From: Planctomycetia bacterium
Lineage (GTDB): Bacteria > Planctomycetota > Planctomycetia > Pirellulales > JACPPG01
Direction of reading: 5' to 3'
Assembly (NCBI GenBank): GCA_016191115.1
Contig: JACPPG010000055.1
Coordinates: forward strand, 25,018-89,017
DNA length: 64,000 nucleotides
In this document: positions 62,135 through 64,000 of the stretch, one piece after another
Layout: every line of letters starts with the position of its first letter
How positions within the stretch are numbered: the stretch's first letter is position 1
Notes under the pieces: generated by a model
What the model saw: the letters and a program-made list of their open reading frames with translations, nothing else
Told to the model about the DNA's origin: nothing
Databases searched by the model: none
Program-made: the position numbers and the translations under genes

Positions 62135-63110
62135 GCACTGTTTTTCCAGCCGGGCGGAGAGCGGGGGGAGTTTCCTCGGCGATGGAATAAGTGTCGGCGT
62201 CGCGCCCCTGGTAGGCGGTGATCAGTTCGGCCAGAAAGCCGATCGACATCAATTGCCCGCCCAACAGCAGCGCGCCCAGAGAGTAGAGCGTAATGGGCCG
62301 CTGGTGCAAGGGCGCCAGTCCCAGCTCGGGGTGCAGTTGCGTGCGGACCCAGTAGATCGCCGAATAAGTCAGCCCGGCGAGGCCGATCACGAAGCTCAAC
62401 AGCCCCAGCGTTCCCAGCAAGTGTTGCGGACGCTGCCCGAAGCCGGTCAGGAACTTAACGGTCAACAGGTCCAAGAACCCCTTTATGAAGCGGTGGACGC
62501 CGTACTTTGACCGCCCGAACCGCCGCGGCCGGTGACCCACCACCAGTTCGCCGACTTTGAAGCCGCGGGCGTGCGCCAGCACCGGGACGAAGCGGTGCAA
62601 CTCGCCGTACAGTCGGACCTCGCGAAAGATCTCCCGGCGGTACGATTTCAAGCCACAATTGTGGTCGTGCAGGCGGACGCCGGTTACGGCGCTGACCATC
62701 CAATTGAAGACGCGCGAGGGGAGGACTTTGTGCCAGGGATCGTGCCGCGTGAGCTTCCAGCCGCTCACCACGTCGTATCCGCGGTCCATCTCGGCCATGA
62801 AGCGGGGAATCTCGTGCGGGTCGTCCTGCAGGTCGGCGTCCAGGGTAACGATTCGCTCGCCGGCCGCGGCGTTGAATCCGGCCGAAAGGGCGGCCGCCTT
62901 GCCGAAGTTGCGTCGGAAGCGGATGCCGTGGACGCGCGGGTCTTCGGCCGCGAGCCGCGCGATTGTGTCCCACGAGCCATCGGTCGACCCGTCGTCGACG
63001 AAGATCATCTCCAGCTCGAGCCGCTCGGCCCCGGCGACGTCGGCCAACTCCTGGTGCAAAAGCGCAAGGCTTTCGACTTCGTTGAACACCGGAATGACCG
63101 TGGAAATCAT
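62115..63110 (-). CDS. family-2 glycosyltransferase (polyprenyl-phosphate sugar synthase-like, with C-terminal TMs)
   Basis: Start at ATG 63110. MISTVIPVFNEVESL...IFVDDGSTDGS...RFRRNFGKAAALSAGF...VTLDADLQDDP..., followed by two C-terminal helices. Confidence 0.85.
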   Translation of the reverse strand: MISTVIPVFNEVESLALLHQELADVAGAERLELEMIFVDDGSTDGSWDTIARLAAEDPRVHGIRFRRNFGKAAALSAGFNAAAGERIVTLDADLQDDPHEIPRFMAEMDRGYDVVSGWKLTRHDPWHKVLPSRVFNWMVSAVTGVRLHDHNCGLKSYRREIFREVRLYGELHRFVPVLAHARGFKVGELVVGHRPRRFGRSKYGVHRFIKGFLDLLTVKFLTGFGQRPQHLLGTLGLLSFVIGLAGLTYSAIYWVRTQLHPELGLAPLHQRPITLYSLGALLLGGQLMSIGFLAELITAYQGRDADTYSIAEETPPALRPAGKTVHERSAS

Positions 63111-63162
63111 ACAGGCACTTTTCGCGTTCGATCGGACGCCGCCGATGCTCCGCCACGACACT

Positions 63163-64000
63163 TCAGGGTGTCGCGTCGACACCGGACGAGGTGGGTCTGA
63201 CAGAGAAATATAGGATAGTCGAAATCGCCGCTTCCGACACGAGCCACACGAGCCGAACGACGAGCGCACAGACGAGCGCCTTGCCGGTGCCGACCTCGGG
63301 GGCCAAAAGTTCCAGCATCACCGCATCGCGCACCACCAGGCCGCCGGGAATAAACGACACGAAGCCGGCCACGACCGAGAGCCCTCCGGCGGCCGTGGCC
63401 AGGGCCCACAGCGCAAGCCGGCCGCCAGGCGGCGCCGGTTCGATCGCCAAGAGCCCGGCAACGACGCTTGCGCCGATCAGACACCATCCGGCGGCGATGG
63501 TCGCCCACGCGCGCACAAGCGTGGCTGGTCCAAGATGATCGAGTTTGTCGATTGTGCCAGGCGCGGCGCGTTCGATGCCCGCCCACTTCGCCAGGCGTTT
63601 GAAGATGGCGGGCACGGTGGGCGCGCCGGCGACAAGCATGAGCCCGCCGGCCATGGCGGCCAGTTGCCAGCGGTCGCGATAGGCCACCACCAGAATTCCA
63701 CCGGCCAGGAACGCCCCGACGGCCATCGTCGTCAACGTCTCGAAGAAGATCGTGGCCGTGGCAACGGCGATCCCCACGCCGGCCCGCCGCAATAGCGCCG
63801 TCCGCAGCACGATCACGGTTGCCTTGCCAGGCACGTACTTGCCGATGCTGCCGACGTACCAGGCCCGCACGGCGGCGAGCGCCGGCGCCGGGGCATCGAG
63901 CGTCGCCAGGAGCCGCCGCCAGAAGAGGCTCGACGGCAACTGCCCGGCCAGGTACGCCACGCCCGAAACGACAAGCCAACCGACGCGGAGTTCGCTCGGG
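63163..64000 (-). CDS. UPF0104/lysylphosphatidylglycerol-synthase-TM-region (flippase-like) membrane protein, 5' end outside window
   Basis: Polytopic. ...FWRRLLATLDAP...VGSIGKYVPGKATVIVLRTALL...FIPGGLVVRDAVMLELL... is typical of the family. The reading frame stays open to position 64000, so the gene is partial. Confidence 0.65.
   Translation of the reverse strand, partial: PSELRVGWLVVSGVAYLAGQLPSSLFWRRLLATLDAPAPALAAVRAWYVGSIGKYVPGKATVIVLRTALLRRAGVGIAVATATIFFETLTTMAVGAFLAGGILVVAYRDRWQLAAMAGGLMLVAGAPTVPAIFKRLAKWAGIERAAPGTIDKLDHLGPATLVRAWATIAAGWCLIGASVVAGLLAIEPAPPGGRLALWALATAAGGLSVVAGFVSFIPGGLVVRDAVMLELLAPEVGTGKALVCALVVRLVWLVSEAAISTILYFSVRPTSSGVDATP

Noticed and set aside
1-64000. CRISPR arrays, rRNA genes, intact tRNA genes, transposase or integrase genes
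   Set aside because: No regularly spaced short repeats, rRNA-like conserved strings or recombinase motifs were seen on either strand. A by-eye scan cannot exclude small ncRNAs.

Overview
GC-rich segment (over 60% GC by eye) with a gene repertoire typical of Planctomycetota: four DUF1501 genes, three DUF1549/DUF1553 (PSCyt/PSD) genes, a PEP-CTERM protein, an ECF sigma factor overlapping a Ser/Thr kinase, and a dockerin-tagged secreted enzyme. From about 17.3 kb to 64 kb the content is mostly ordinary: msrB-msrA fusion, rlmM-like methyltransferase, DHDPS-like aldolase with an amidohydrolase, epimerase, M50 and rhomboid proteases, trmB, purF, a fabZ-like dehydratase, DinB, GNAT, and a GT2/GT-C/flippase-like envelope cluster. 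The first ~17 kb looks accessory. It holds minus-strand ORFan genes (59-3603), a lipoprotein gene, and then a translationally coupled seven-gene plus-strand operon (4692-15835), which is the standout of the window. That operon encodes a zinc-ribbon P-loop GTPase; a 1086-aa bitopic protein with a GAP1-N-like N-terminus and three Ig-like repeats; a 985-aa all-helical bitopic protein; a double-GYF polytopic membrane protein; one MotA/TolQ/ExbB-type channel; and two paralogous ExbD/TolR-like subunits with coiled-coil inserts. I know of no named system with this combination. The block ends near 16.3-17.3 kb among gene fragments, including a truncated GNAT. Six copies of a ~157-bp MITE-like element with 11-bp terminal inverted repeats and copy-specific 10-bp target-site duplications are scattered through 25-60.5 kb. 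There are also several palindromic REP-like or terminator-like hairpin families and a degraded VapBC-like toxin-antitoxin locus. I found no rRNA, tRNA, CRISPR array or transposase/integrase gene. All functional calls rest on motifs read from the translations. No database search was run.
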